This document shows positions 22,639-36,116 of a DNA stretch of 64,000 bases, piece after piece. This stretch comes from Gammaproteobacteria bacterium (GTDB lineage: Bacteria; Pseudomonadota; Gammaproteobacteria; Steroidobacterales; PWYM01). The notes below the pieces were generated by a model. It was not told the origin of the DNA. It worked only from the letters and a program-made list of their open reading frames with translations, and made no database searches. The stretch lies in the NCBI GenBank assembly GCA_020832005.1, contig JAFIFN010000003.1:175-64174 (forward strand), read 5' to 3'. Each line of letters starts with the position of its first letter. Within the stretch, counting starts at the first letter, position 1. Position numbers and translations under genes: made by a program.

Positions 22639-25600
22639 CACCGGGCTTCGTGCATCTGCGTGTTCACACCGAGTACTCGCTGCTCGACAGCGTGGTGCGC
22701 ATCTCGCCGCTGATGCAGGCCTGCGCACGGGCCGGCATGCCCGCGGTGGCGCTGACCGACGAAGGCAATCTGTTCGCGATGGTCAAGTTCTTCCGCGCGG
22801 CACAGAAAAACGGTATCAAGCCGATCATTGGCGCGGATCTGTGGCTGGGCAGTGCCGACCCGGCAGAAAAGCCGTTGCGGCTGACGCTGCTGTGCCAGAA
22901 CCTGGAGGGTTTTCGCAGGCTCTCGCGCCTGGTCAGTCGCGGCTACCAGGAAAACCAGGTGCGCGGACTGCCGCGCATCGACCCGGACTGGCTGACCGAA
23001 GAGGCGGTGCACGGACTCATCGCGCTTTCGGGTGGCCGCGACGGCGATGTGGGCCGTGCACTGCTCTCGGGTCGCCATGACGAGGCGCGCCGACGGCTTG
23101 CGCGTTGGCTCGGGTTGTTCGGCGATCGCTACTACATCGAGCTGTGTCGCACCGGGCGTCCTGACGAGGAGGCCCATGTCGCCGAGGCCGTAGCACTGGC
23201 CGCCTCGCTGGGGGTGCCGGTGGTCGCGACCAACGATGTGCGTTTCCTGGTCGCCGAGGACTTCGAGGCCCACGAGGCGCGCGTGTGCATCAACAGCGGA
23301 CGCACGCTCGCCGATCCCGGGCGACCGCGCGAGTACACCGAGCAGCAGTACCTGAAGTCGCCGGCCGAGATGAGCGAGCTGTTCGCCGATCTGCCCGAGG
23401 CACTGGCCAATTCGGTGGCCATCGCCCAGCGCTGCAATATGGCGCTGGAACTGGGCAATACCGTGCTGCCGGATTTCCCGATTCCTGAGGGCATGACCAT
23501 CGAGGGATTCCTCGCCGCCGAGTCGCAGCGTGGCCTCGACGATCGCCTTGCCCGCCATACGCCGGTGCAGCCGCGCGAGGTCTATGACGCGCGCCTGGAG
23601 CGCGAACTCGGCGTGATCTGCGGCATGGGGTTTCCAGGCTACTTCCTGATCGTCGCGGACTTCATCCGCTGGGCCAAGGACAACGGTATTCCGGTGGGTC
23701 CTGGACGCGGCTCTGGCGCCGGCTCGCTGGTGGCCTGGTGCCTGGGCATCACCGATCTCGATCCGCTGGCCCATGACCTGCTGTTCGAGCGTTTCCTGAA
23801 TCCCGAGCGCGTGTCGATGCCCGACTTCGATGTCGACTTCTGCATGGACGGGCGCGATCGTGTCATTGACTATGTGGCCGAACGCTACGGCCGCGACCGG
23901 GTCTCGCAGATCATCACCTACGGCACGATGGCCGCGCGTGCCGTCGTGCGCGATGTCGGGCGGGTGCTGGGGATGCCGTATGGCTACGTCGACCGCATTG
24001 CCAAGCTGATTCCCTTCGAGATCGGCATGACGCTGGAAAAGGCGCTCACGGATGCCGAACTCAAGCGCCAGTACGAGGCTGAAGAAGACATCCGCACGCT
24101 GATCGATCTTGCGCGCAGGCTGGAAGGGCTGGCGCGCAATGCGGGCCGACATGCCGGTGGCGTGGTCATAGCACCGCAACAGCTCACCGAGTACACGCCG
24201 CTGTACTGCGAAGAAGGCTCCAGCAGTCCGGTCACGCAGTTCGACAAGGATGATGTCGAGGCCGTGGGCCTGGTGAAGTTCGATTTCCTGGGCCTGCGTA
24301 CGCTGACGATCATCGATCGGGCCGTAGCCATCATCAATGCCCAGCGCGCCGGCACCGACGAGGCAGCGCTGTCGATTCACACCCTGCCGATGGATGATGC
24401 GGCGACCTTCCGCCTGCTCAAGGCCTGCCAGACCACCGCGGTGTTCCAGCTCGAGTCGCGCGGCATGAAGGACCTGATCAAGCGTCTGCAGCCGGATCGC
24501 TTCGAGGATATCGTCGCCCTGGTCGCGCTGTTTCGCCCCGGTCCGCTGCAGTCGGGCATGGTCGATGATTTCATCAACCGAAAGCATGGCCGCAATGCAG
24601 GCCCGATCGACTATCTGCATCCCAGGCTCGAGCCGATCCTGACACCGACCTATGGCGTGATCCTCTACCAGGAGCAGGTCATGCAGATCGCCCAGGAACT
24701 GGCCGGCTACTCGCTGGGCGGTGCGGATCTGCTGCGTCGCGCGATGGGCAAGAAGAAGGCCGAGGAGATGGCCAAGCAGCGCAGCGTGTTCATGCAGGGC
24801 GCGCGTGAGCAGCAGGTCGACGAACGCCAGGCCAGCTACATCTTCGACCTGATGGAGAAGTTTGCCGGCTACGGCTTCAACAAGTCGCATTCGGCCGCCT
24901 ACGCGCTGCTGTCCTACCAGACGGCCTGGCTGAAGGCGCATTATCCTGCCGCTTTCATGGCCGCGGTGATGTCCGCGGACATGGACAATACCGACAAGAT
25001 CGTTGTACTCAAGGATGATGTCGAGCGCCTGGGCCTGACGCTGCTGCCGCCTGATGTGAACGCCTCGGTGTTCGAGTTCACGGTGGCCTCGGCGGACTCG
25101 ATCCGCTACGGCCTGGGGGCGATCAAGGGCCTGGGCCGTTCGGCCATCGAGGCGATCGTCGCCGAGCGCGAGCAGGGCGGGGCGTATTCGGGCCTGCAGG
25201 AGTTCTGCCGGCGGGTCGACGTGCATCGCCTCAACCGCCGGGCGATGGAGGCGCTGATCCGCGCGGGTGCGCTCGATGCACTGGGCCCCAACCGTGCCAG
25301 CCTGATGGCGGCGCTGCCCAACGCGCTGCGCGCCGCCGAGCAGGACGAGCGCGCCCGGGCGGCCGGTCAGGATGACCTGTTCGCGGTCAGTTGTCCCGAG
25401 GCCAGCCCGACGCTGGACGAGCCACTGCCGCTGCTGCGCGAATGGAGTGAGCGTGATCGCCTGGCCGCAGAGAAGGAGTCGCTGGGCCTGTATCTCACCG
25501 GCCATCCGTTCCGGCCCTACCGGGAGCATTGCCAGCACTTCACGACCGCGGCACTTGCGGATCTCGGCGGGCCCGCACCGGCGAACGGGCAGCGCTTTCA

Positions 25601-26120
25601 GTCCCGCCGCGACGTCACCGCCGCCGGCCTGATCGTCGAGGTGCGCCGGCGCGGCGGGCGCCTGATCCTGACGCTCGATGACGGCAGCGCACGCCTGGAG
25701 GCCTCGATGTTCGAGGATGCGGCGCGCGAGTATGGTCATCTGGTCGTGGTCGACGAGGTGGTCGTCGTCGAGGGTAACCTGCGCTTCGACGAGTTCATCG
25801 ACGGCTGGCGACTGGCCGCCAAGTCGCTGCGCTCGGCCGACGAGTGCATCGAGACACAGGCGCGCCGCCTGCTGATCCGCTGGGACGAGCCGCAGCGCGG
25901 TCGCGAGTTCGTGCAGGCACTTAAGGACACGTTGGCGCCGTTTCGGGAAGGACCCTGCGATGTCTGCGTGGACTACCAGGGGCCCGCGGCCCGGGCGATG
26001 GTCTCGCTTGGGGGGCACTGGCGTGTGCGCCCCAGCCGCGAATTGCGCGAGCGCCTCGGCCACCTGGTCGGCGAGGAGCGCGTGCGCCTGCTCTACCCGG
26101 GTCCGGTCGCCAGCTCATGA
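22635..26120 (+). CDS. dnaE: DNA polymerase III alpha subunit
   Basis: [19 protein letters not shown] (PHP domain). ~1161 aa with polymerase core motifs. ATGA overlap with rnhB. Confidence 0.95.
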   Translation: MTPGFVHLRVHTEYSLLDSVVRISPLMQACARAGMPAVALTDEGNLFAMVKFFRAAQKNGIKPIIGADLWLGSADPAEKPLRLTLLCQNLEGFRRLSRLVSRGYQENQVRGLPRIDPDWLTEEAVHGLIALSGGRDGDVGRALLSGRHDEARRRLARWLGLFGDRYYIELCRTGRPDEEAHVAEAVALAASLGVPVVATNDVRFLVAEDFEAHEARVCINSGRTLADPGRPREYTEQQYLKSPAEMSELFADLPEALANSVAIAQRCNMALELGNTVLPDFPIPEGMTIEGFLAAESQRGLDDRLARHTPVQPREVYDARLERELGVICGMGFPGYFLIVADFIRWAKDNGIPVGPGRGSGAGSLVAWCLGITDLDPLAHDLLFERFLNPERVSMPDFDVDFCMDGRDRVIDYVAERYGRDRVSQIITYGTMAARAVVRDVGRVLGMPYGYVDRIAKLIPFEIGMTLEKALTDAELKRQYEAEEDIRTLIDLARRLEGLARNAGRHAGGVVIAPQQLTEYTPLYCEEGSSSPVTQFDKDDVEAVGLVKFDFLGLRTLTIIDRAVAIINAQRAGTDEAALSIHTLPMDDAATFRLLKACQTTAVFQLESRGMKDLIKRLQPDRFEDIVALVALFRPGPLQSGMVDDFINRKHGRNAGPIDYLHPRLEPILTPTYGVILYQEQVMQIAQELAGYSLGGADLLRRAMGKKKAEEMAKQRSVFMQGAREQQVDERQASYIFDLMEKFAGYGFNKSHSAAYALLSYQTAWLKAHYPAAFMAAVMSADMDNTDKIVVLKDDVERLGLTLLPPDVNASVFEFTVASADSIRYGLGAIKGLGRSAIEAIVAEREQGGAYSGLQEFCRRVDVHRLNRRAMEALIRAGALDALGPNRASLMAALPNALRAAEQDERARAAGQDDLFAVSCPEASPTLDEPLPLLREWSERDRLAAEKESLGLYLTGHPFRPYREHCQHFTTAALADLGGPAPANGQRFQSRRDVTAAGLIVEVRRRGGRLILTLDDGSARLEASMFEDAAREYGHLVVVDEVVVVEGNLRFDEFIDGWRLAAKSLRSADECIETQARRLLIRWDEPQRGREFVQALKDTLAPFREGPCDVCVDYQGPAARAMVSLGGHWRVRPSRELRERLGHLVGEERVRLLYPGPVASS

Positions 26121-26205
26121 CCCGGTTGGCTGCGCGGGTATACTCTTGTCTTGCCCCTGATGGGGCGTTAGTGTGTGCGCCTCCGGCGTGGCATCGGGCT
26201 TTAAG

Positions 26206-27162
26206 ATGGAAGTGAAGTTCCTTGATTTTGAAAAACCTATCGCTGAACTTGAAGCGAAAATCGACGAGTTGCGTTTCGTCGGCGATGACTCCGAGGTCAA
26301 TATCGGCGACGAGATCTCGCGCCTGCGCGCGAAAAGCGACCAGCTGACCCGCAGCCTGTTTTCCAGTCTCTCCGCCTGGCAGGTCACGCAGCTGGCCAGG
26401 CATCCCCAGCGGCCCTACACACTCGACTACATCCACTACTGCTTCACGGACTACCAGGAGCTGCACGGCGACAGGATGTACGCTGACGACCGCGCCCTGG
26501 TCGCGGGCCTGGCGCGCATCGAGGGCCGTGCGGTGGTGGTCATCGGCCACCAGAAAGGCCGCGACACCAAGGCGCGCATGCATCGTAACTACGGTATGCC
26601 CAAGCCGGAGGGCTATCGCAAGGCGCTGCGCGTTATGAAACTGGCCGAGCGTTTCTCTCTGCCGGTGGTCACGCTGATCGACACGCCGGGTGCTTACCCG
26701 GGTGTGGGTGCCGAGGAACGCGGCCAGAGCGAGGCGATCGCGCGCAATCTGCTGGAGATGTGCAAGTTGCGTGTGCCGATCGTCAGCCTGGTGATCGGTG
26801 AGGGCGGTTCGGGCGGGGCGCTGGCCATCGGTATTGCCGATCACCTGATGATGCTGCAGTACTCGATTTACTCGGTGATCTCTCCGGAGGGTTGTGCCTC
26901 GATCCTGTGGAAGAGCGCCGAGAAGGCGGAAGTCGCCGCCGAGGCGATGGGCGTGACGGCCGAGCGCCTGAAAAAGCTCGAACTCGTCGATGAGGTCATC
27001 GCCGAGCCGCTGGGTGGCGCTCACCGTGATGCGGCGGGCTGCGCCGAGGCCGTGCGCAATGCGCTGATCAAGGCGCTGGGCGATCTTGAAGGCCTGTCGC
27101 CCGAAGCGCTGATCAGCCGGCGACGCGAGCGCCTCGCCAGCTACGGCGCCTTCCGCGGCTGA
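26206..27162 (+). CDS. accA: Acetyl-CoA carboxylase carboxyltransferase alpha subunit
   Basis: [23 protein letters not shown] parallels E. coli AccA ([22 protein letters not shown]). 318 aa. Confidence 0.95.
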   Translation: MEVKFLDFEKPIAELEAKIDELRFVGDDSEVNIGDEISRLRAKSDQLTRSLFSSLSAWQVTQLARHPQRPYTLDYIHYCFTDYQELHGDRMYADDRALVAGLARIEGRAVVVIGHQKGRDTKARMHRNYGMPKPEGYRKALRVMKLAERFSLPVVTLIDTPGAYPGVGAEERGQSEAIARNLLEMCKLRVPIVSLVIGEGGSGGALAIGIADHLMMLQYSIYSVISPEGCASILWKSAEKAEVAAEAMGVTAERLKKLELVDEVIAEPLGGAHRDAAGCAEAVRNALIKALGDLEGLSPEALISRRRERLASYGAFRG

Positions 27163-27196
27163 TGCGCCGGGTGTCCGTGCCACGGGCGCGGCACAC

Positions 27197-28582
27197 GTGA
27201 AGGTTTTCAGCGTATCGGCACTGTCACAGGTGCTGGCAGACGCGCCGATGCCGGCCGCCTTTCTGGTCGCCTACAGTGGCGGCCTCGATTCCACCGTGCT
27301 GCTGCACGCCGCAGCCAGCCTGCGTGCAAGCCAGCCTGAGCTGCAGCTGCGGGCGCTGCACGTCAATCATGGTCTGCAGCCTGGCTGCGATGACTGGCAA
27401 CAGCATTGCGAGCGCTTCGCCGCCACGCTGGGGGTGGACTGCGAATCCGTCAGCGTCAGTGTCGGGCTCGCGGAGTCCTCGGAACTGGGTGTGGAGGCGG
27501 CCGCGCGACGGGCACGCTATGGGGTATTCGCCGACCGGCTGGCAGCCGGCGAGTGTCTGTTGCTGGCCCACCATGCCGATGACCAACTCGAAACCATGCT
27601 GCTGCGGCTGATGCGCGGGGCGGGCACGCGCGGCATGGCCGGTATGCCGCCGCGCCGGAAGCTGGGTCGCGGGGAGCTTCGACGGCCGCTGCTGGGGTGG
27701 CCGCGCGAGGCCCTGGCGGCCTATGCAGGCATGCACGGACTGCCATTCATCGAGGATCCCAGCAATGCGCTGACCCAGGCAGATCGCAATCACCTGCGCC
27801 ACGACGTCGTGCCGATGCTCAAGCGTCGCTGGCCAGCTGCGGCCGGGGTTGCCACGCGCAATGCGCAACAGCTGGGCGAAGATGCCGCACTGCTCGGCGA
27901 GCTCGCCCGGCTCGATCTGGATGAGCACCTGGGATGTGCCGAGGTGCCCGTGGCGCGCCTGTGCGAGCTGCCCGAGGCGCGTGCCGCCAATGCGCTGCGC
28001 CATGCGCTGATGGCGCTGGCACTGCCCGTGCCACCGCGGCGGCGTCTGTCCGAGGCGCTGCGCCAGGTGCGCTCGGCCGGCCGGGATCGCCAGGTGCTGG
28101 TGCGCTGGCAGGGTGCGCAGCTGCGTCGAGAGGGCGAGACGGTCTGGTTGCTGGGCGATCTGCCGATGCCGCCGACACAGCGCGTCGGCTTGTCACCGCA
28201 GCGTCCGCTCATCGATGCCTGTGGCGAACTGTGCCTGCTGCCGTGGGAGGCGGGTCGCGACGATGCGCGTGCCTGCGTGTTGTCGGCCAGCGACGTGCAG
28301 GCCGGCTTGCACGTCGCCTATCGGCAGGGGGGTGAGCGATTGCGCCAGGCCAGCGCCGGTGCACGCGGGCTTGCGCGCGTGCTCGGTGCCGCCCATGTGC
28401 CCGTGTGGTTGCGCGATCGCCTGCCGCTGGTGTTCGTCGACGACGAGGTCGTGGCCATTGCCGACTGGCGCGCAACGGTGGCCGATACCACCCAGCCGCC
28501 GCTGCGCAGCGGCTGGCAACTGCGCTGGACGCCGGCTGAATCCTTGCGGCCAGGATTGACACGGCTGGACCGACCGGCCTGA
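27197..28582 (+). CDS. tilS: tRNA(Ile)-lysidine synthase
   Basis: GTG start. PP-loop motif SGGLDSTVLLH. 461 aa. Conserved accA-tilS-pyrG order. Confidence 0.85.
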   Translation: MKVFSVSALSQVLADAPMPAAFLVAYSGGLDSTVLLHAAASLRASQPELQLRALHVNHGLQPGCDDWQQHCERFAATLGVDCESVSVSVGLAESSELGVEAAARRARYGVFADRLAAGECLLLAHHADDQLETMLLRLMRGAGTRGMAGMPPRRKLGRGELRRPLLGWPREALAAYAGMHGLPFIEDPSNALTQADRNHLRHDVVPMLKRRWPAAAGVATRNAQQLGEDAALLGELARLDLDEHLGCAEVPVARLCELPEARAANALRHALMALALPVPPRRRLSEALRQVRSAGRDRQVLVRWQGAQLRREGETVWLLGDLPMPPTQRVGLSPQRPLIDACGELCLLPWEAGRDDARACVLSASDVQAGLHVAYRQGGERLRQASAGARGLARVLGAAHVPVWLRDRLPLVFVDDEVVAIADWRATVADTTQPPLRSGWQLRWTPAESLRPGLTRLDRPA

Positions 28583-28683
28583 GGGCGGATGGTGAAGAAT
28601 GCATGGGCGCCGCAGGGCAGGCGTTTTGTGGTAGCCTTTTCTCCCGACGTGCTCACGCGGGACCTTAGGTTGATGGTTCCCAG

Positions 28684-28760
28684 GGTCGGAGAGGCACCGC
28701 GAGTGACGAGATGGCCGCCGTAAGGCGTGCACGGACCGCGCAGTGGCTCTCCGGCCTTTT
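28684..28760 (+). terminator. Long imperfect hairpin with GNRA apex followed by TTTT, ~50 nt upstream of pyrG (tilS terminator or pyrG leader attenuator)
   Basis: The outer stem GGTCGGAGAG (28684-28693) pairs with CTCTCCGGCC (28747-28756). The apex is CGCC-GTAA-GGCG (28716-28727). A T-run lies at 28757-28760. Confidence 0.4.
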
Positions 28761-28802
28761 GAGTTTCTGCTGCCCTTACAACCTTCAGCAGGGAGACCTT
28801 GA

Positions 28803-32615
<3,813 letters not shown>

Positions 32616-32624
32616 GCGTCGCGC

Positions 32625-32930
32625 ATGCGCCTCGTCATCCTGGTGCTGGTGATCGCGCTGGCGGCCGTTCAGGCCCGGCTGTGGTTTTCCGACCAGGGTC
32701 TGCGCGAGGCACATCGCCTGCAGGCAGCGGTTGAGTCGCAGCGTCAGGAAAACACCGAACTGAGATTGCGCAACGATGCACTCGAGGCCGAGGTGCGCAA
32801 CCTGCGTGACGGTCTTGAGGCGGCCGAGGAACGCGCGCGCGCCGATCTTGGCCTGGTGCGCGAGGACGAGACCTTCTTCCAGGTCGTCCCGACCCATGCG
32901 GTCGAGCGCGCCGAACGCGCCCGGCGCTGA
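32625..32930 (+). CDS. ftsB: Cell division protein FtsB
   Basis: 101 aa: N-terminal TM, then a coiled coil (LRLRNDALEAEVRNLRDG) and ...LGLVREDETFFQVV. In the conserved eno-ftsB-ispD position. Confidence 0.85.
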   Translation: MRLVILVLVIALAAVQARLWFSDQGLREAHRLQAAVESQRQENTELRLRNDALEAEVRNLRDGLEAAEERARADLGLVREDETFFQVVPTHAVERAERARR

Positions 32931-32943
32931 CGATCGCCGCATC

Positions 32944-33669
32944 ATGGCTGAGTCCGCGGCAGAGCAGGTTCCTGTGTGGGCACTCGTGCCCGCCGCCGGC
33001 AGTGGCTCGCGACTGGGCGGCGATACGCCCAAGCAGTATCTCTCGCTGGCCGGTCATCCGCTGCTGTGGCACACGCTGCGCGCGCTGGCCGCGACCCCCG
33101 GCCTGGCCGGCATGGTCATCGTCACGGCGCCCGAAGACCGGCAGTGGCGGCGTTGTGTGCCCGCCGGCATCGATGTTCACCAGGCCCCCGGCGGCGAGCA
33201 GCGCATGCACTCGGTGCTCAACGGACTGCGCGTGCTCTCCGCGCTGGCCGGCGACGATGACTGGGTCATGGTGCACGATGGCGCGCGACCCTGCGTGCCG
33301 CGCGGCGACCTCGTGCGGCTGATGGCGGCGATCGCCGGCCACCCCGGTGGTGGATTGCTGGCGCGCCCGGTGGCCGATACGCTGAAGCGCCAGGTCGGCG
33401 AGCGTCCCGCACGGGTCGAGTCCACCGTCAGCCGCGCAGGCCTCTGGCAGGCGCTCACGCCACAGGTGTTTCGCCTCGGCCTGCTGCGCGATGCCCTCGA
33501 GCGCGCCGATGCGCAGGGCATTGCCGTGACCGATGAATCCCAGGCCATCGAGCGTCTTGGCCATCAGCCGCTGCTGATCGAAGGCTCGGCGATGAATCTC
33601 AAGGTGACCGTGCCGGGCGATATTGCGCTCGCGGAACGTCTGCTCAGCAGCGCAGGTGTGTTGCCATGA
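32944..33669 (+). CDS. ispD: 2-C-methyl-D-erythritol 4-phosphate cytidylyltransferase
   Basis: [23 protein letters not shown] motif. 241 aa from the ATG at 32944. Confidence 0.9.
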   Translation: MAESAAEQVPVWALVPAAGSGSRLGGDTPKQYLSLAGHPLLWHTLRALAATPGLAGMVIVTAPEDRQWRRCVPAGIDVHQAPGGEQRMHSVLNGLRVLSALAGDDDWVMVHDGARPCVPRGDLVRLMAAIAGHPGGGLLARPVADTLKRQVGERPARVESTVSRAGLWQALTPQVFRLGLLRDALERADAQGIAVTDESQAIERLGHQPLLIEGSAMNLKVTVPGDIALAERLLSSAGVLP

Positions 33670-34148
33670 GCTATCGCATCGGTCATGGGTTTGATGTGCA
33701 TGCCTTTGGTGACGGGGATGCCGTGGTGCTCGGTGGCGTGCGCATTGCGCACGAGCGCGGCCTGCTGGCGCATTCTGACGGTGACGTGGCCCTGCACGCG
33801 CTGTGCGATGCGCTGCTGGGTGCCGCCGGACTCGGTGACATCGGTCAGCTGTTTCCCGACAGCGAACCTGCCTACGCCGACGCCGACAGCCGGGCACTGC
33901 TGCGCGATGTCGTTGAGCGCGTCGCGCAACTCGGCCTGATCGCAGCCAACGCCGATCTGACGCTGATCTGCCAGGCGCCGCGCCTGGCCCCGCACCGCGA
34001 GGCGATGCAACGCAATATTGCCGCCGACCTGGGCATCGATCCTGCACGGGTCAACGTCAAGGCCACGACCACCGAGGGCCTGGGCTATCTCGGCCGCGGC
34101 GAAGGCATTGCCGCGCACGCCGTCGTGCTGCTGCACGGCCGCACGTGA
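33666..34148 (+). CDS. ispF: 2-C-methyl-D-erythritol 2,4-cyclodiphosphate synthase
   Basis: [12 protein letters not shown]...[11 protein letters not shown] are canonical. 160 aa. ATGA overlap with ispD. Confidence 0.95.
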   Translation: MSYRIGHGFDVHAFGDGDAVVLGGVRIAHERGLLAHSDGDVALHALCDALLGAAGLGDIGQLFPDSEPAYADADSRALLRDVVERVAQLGLIAANADLTLICQAPRLAPHREAMQRNIAADLGIDPARVNVKATTTEGLGYLGRGEGIAAHAVVLLHGRT

Positions 34149-35203
34149 GCATGCCTGCTGCCATCGAGGCGGCCTGGGCCCACGGACGCCCGTCGGCCAC
34201 CGCGATTCTTCGCGACCGCGCCGAGGATTTTCGCGTCGAGGAGATTCCGGTGGTCATGCCCGAGGGCCAGGGTGAGCACCTGTGGCTGCTGGCGCGCAAG
34301 CGAGGACATACCAGCAGTGATCTTGCCGGCGTGTTGGCACGGCACTTCGATGTGCCGCGCCGTGACGTCGGCTTTGCCGGGCGCAAGGATCGCCATGCAG
34401 ACACCAGCCAGTGGTTCAGCGTGCGTCTGCCGGGGCGCGAGGCGGCAGACCCACCGGTGCTCGAGGGCGTAGTCTGGGAACAGGTCAGCCGGCATGCCCG
34501 CAAGCTCGCCACGGGTGGCCTGCGTGGCAACCGCTTCCGTCTGCTGCTTCGCGAAGTGGCAGGCGAACGCGAGGCGCTCGAGCAGCGCCTGGCGGCCGTT
34601 TCTACGTGCGGCGTGCCGAACTATTTTGGCCCGCAGCGTTTCGGCCGCGGCGCGGACAATCTTGCCTCGGCCTGGCGGATGCTGGCCGAGGGTTCGTCGG
34701 TACGCCGGCGCGAACTGCGCGGGCTGCTGCTTTCCGCTGCGCGCAGCTGGTGTTTCAATCGCGTGGCCTCGCAGCGCGTCGCTGATGGCAGCTGGCAGCA
34801 GCTGATGCCCGGTGAGCTCGCAGCACTGGATGGCAGCCGCAGCGTATTCGTCGTGGAGGACATCGACGAGGCCTTGTGTGCACGCCTTGCAGCCTTCGAT
34901 GTGCATCCATCCGGCCCGCTGCCGGGTCGGGGTGGCAAACAGCCTGCAGCCGACTGCGCGGCGCTCGAGGCCGCCGCGCTCGAGGACTTCGCACCGCTGA
35001 TCGCAGGCCTGGTCCATGCCCGTGTGGATGCCTCGCGTCGAGCCCTGCGGTTGCGGCCCGCCGAGTTTTCCTGGCAGTGGCCGACGGCCGACAGCCTGTT
35101 GCTGTGTTTCGAACTGCCGGCCGGCAGCTATGCCACCTGCGTCGTACGTGAGCTGGTCGATGCCCGCGACGCCAGTGGCGCCGGGCTGTCAGTGCCGGCC
35201 TGA
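34145..35203 (+). CDS. truD: tRNA pseudouridine(13) synthase
   Basis: ...FRVEEIP...[15 protein letters not shown]...[10 protein letters not shown] (catalytic Asp context). 352 aa. Overlaps the ispF stop. Confidence 0.9.
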   Translation: MSMPAAIEAAWAHGRPSATAILRDRAEDFRVEEIPVVMPEGQGEHLWLLARKRGHTSSDLAGVLARHFDVPRRDVGFAGRKDRHADTSQWFSVRLPGREAADPPVLEGVVWEQVSRHARKLATGGLRGNRFRLLLREVAGEREALEQRLAAVSTCGVPNYFGPQRFGRGADNLASAWRMLAEGSSVRRRELRGLLLSAARSWCFNRVASQRVADGSWQQLMPGELAALDGSRSVFVVEDIDEALCARLAAFDVHPSGPLPGRGGKQPAADCAALEAAALEDFAPLIAGLVHARVDASRRALRLRPAEFSWQWPTADSLLLCFELPAGSYATCVVRELVDARDASGAGLSVPA

Positions 35204-35224
35204 TACGGCTCGACAGCCGCGCAT

Positions 35225-35247
35225 CCCGAGTCTCGACTCGGGTTTTT
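35225..35247 (+). terminator. Rho-independent terminator after truD
   Basis: CCCGAG-tctcga-CTCGGG followed by TTTTT, located 22 nt after the truD stop. Confidence 0.75.
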
Positions 35248-35272
35248 CACAGATTCATTCAAGGAGATAGAC

Positions 35273-36031
35273 ATGCTCGAAACCACCCGTCACGACAGTA
35301 TCCTCGAGCTGAAGATGTCGCGCCCGCCGGCCAATGCAATGAACACCGAACTGGTGACACGCATTGCCGACGAACTGCAGGCTGCGCCCGGTGCAGGTGT
35401 CGGCGGCGTGGTCATCTCCGGTGCGCCGGGGATGTTCTGCGCGGGCCTGGATGTGGCCGAACTGCTGCAGCACGATCGCCAGGGTATCCGTGATTTCTGG
35501 GCGGCGTTCTTTCGCATGAACAAGACGGCCGCCACCTTGCCGGTGCCGGTGGTCGTGGCGCTGACCGGACACAGCCCGGCCGGGGGCGCCGTGCTGGCCA
35601 CCCATTGTGACTATCGCGTCGGTGCGCAGGGACGCTTCAAGATCGGCCTCAACGAGGTGCAGGTCGGACTGCCCCTGGCGGAGAACTTCTACTTCGCGCT
35701 GCGCAGACTGGTAGGCCAGCCGCGCGCGCAGGATATGGCGATCCGCGGTGCATTGATCGACATGGACGAGGCCGCGCGGATCGGCCTGGTCAACGAACTG
35801 GTCGCCCCGGAAGAGGTCGTGCCGCGCGCAGTGGCGTGGGCGCAGGCGCTTACCCAGCTGCCTCCACACGCGATGCTCAGCACGCTGCAGCTGGCACGCG
35901 CCGATCTTGTCGCCGTGCTGGATCGTATCGAGCCTCAGTTCGCCGAGACCGCGACACGGCACTGGTTCAGCGATGAGACCCAGGGCGCCATGCGCGCCAT
36001 GATCGAACGCCTCGCCAGCAAGAAAAAATAG
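35273..36031 (+). CDS. Enoyl-CoA hydratase/isomerase (crotonase) family protein
   Basis: 252 aa. The ...GMFCAGLDV...GHSPAGGAVLA..C.DYR pattern is typical of the crotonase fold. SD AAGGAGA lies upstream. The specific substrate is not inferable. Confidence 0.8.
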   Translation: MLETTRHDSILELKMSRPPANAMNTELVTRIADELQAAPGAGVGGVVISGAPGMFCAGLDVAELLQHDRQGIRDFWAAFFRMNKTAATLPVPVVVALTGHSPAGGAVLATHCDYRVGAQGRFKIGLNEVQVGLPLAENFYFALRRLVGQPRAQDMAIRGALIDMDEAARIGLVNELVAPEEVVPRAVAWAQALTQLPPHAMLSTLQLARADLVAVLDRIEPQFAETATRHWFSDETQGAMRAMIERLASKKK

Positions 36032-36116
36032 GTCATTTGAAGTATTCCGGGGAGGCAACTTCTCAAGAATCTTCGGGTCCGCACATCACTGGGAAGGCCG
36101 GGGGTCATGCTGCGTC

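Noticed and set aside
22518-26063. 1181-aa ORF on the minus strand
   Set aside because: It is exactly antisense to dnaE, whose translation has unmistakable Pol III alpha motifs. The antisense product is Arg/Ala/Gly/His-rich low complexity with no motifs. This is a classic high-GC shadow ORF.
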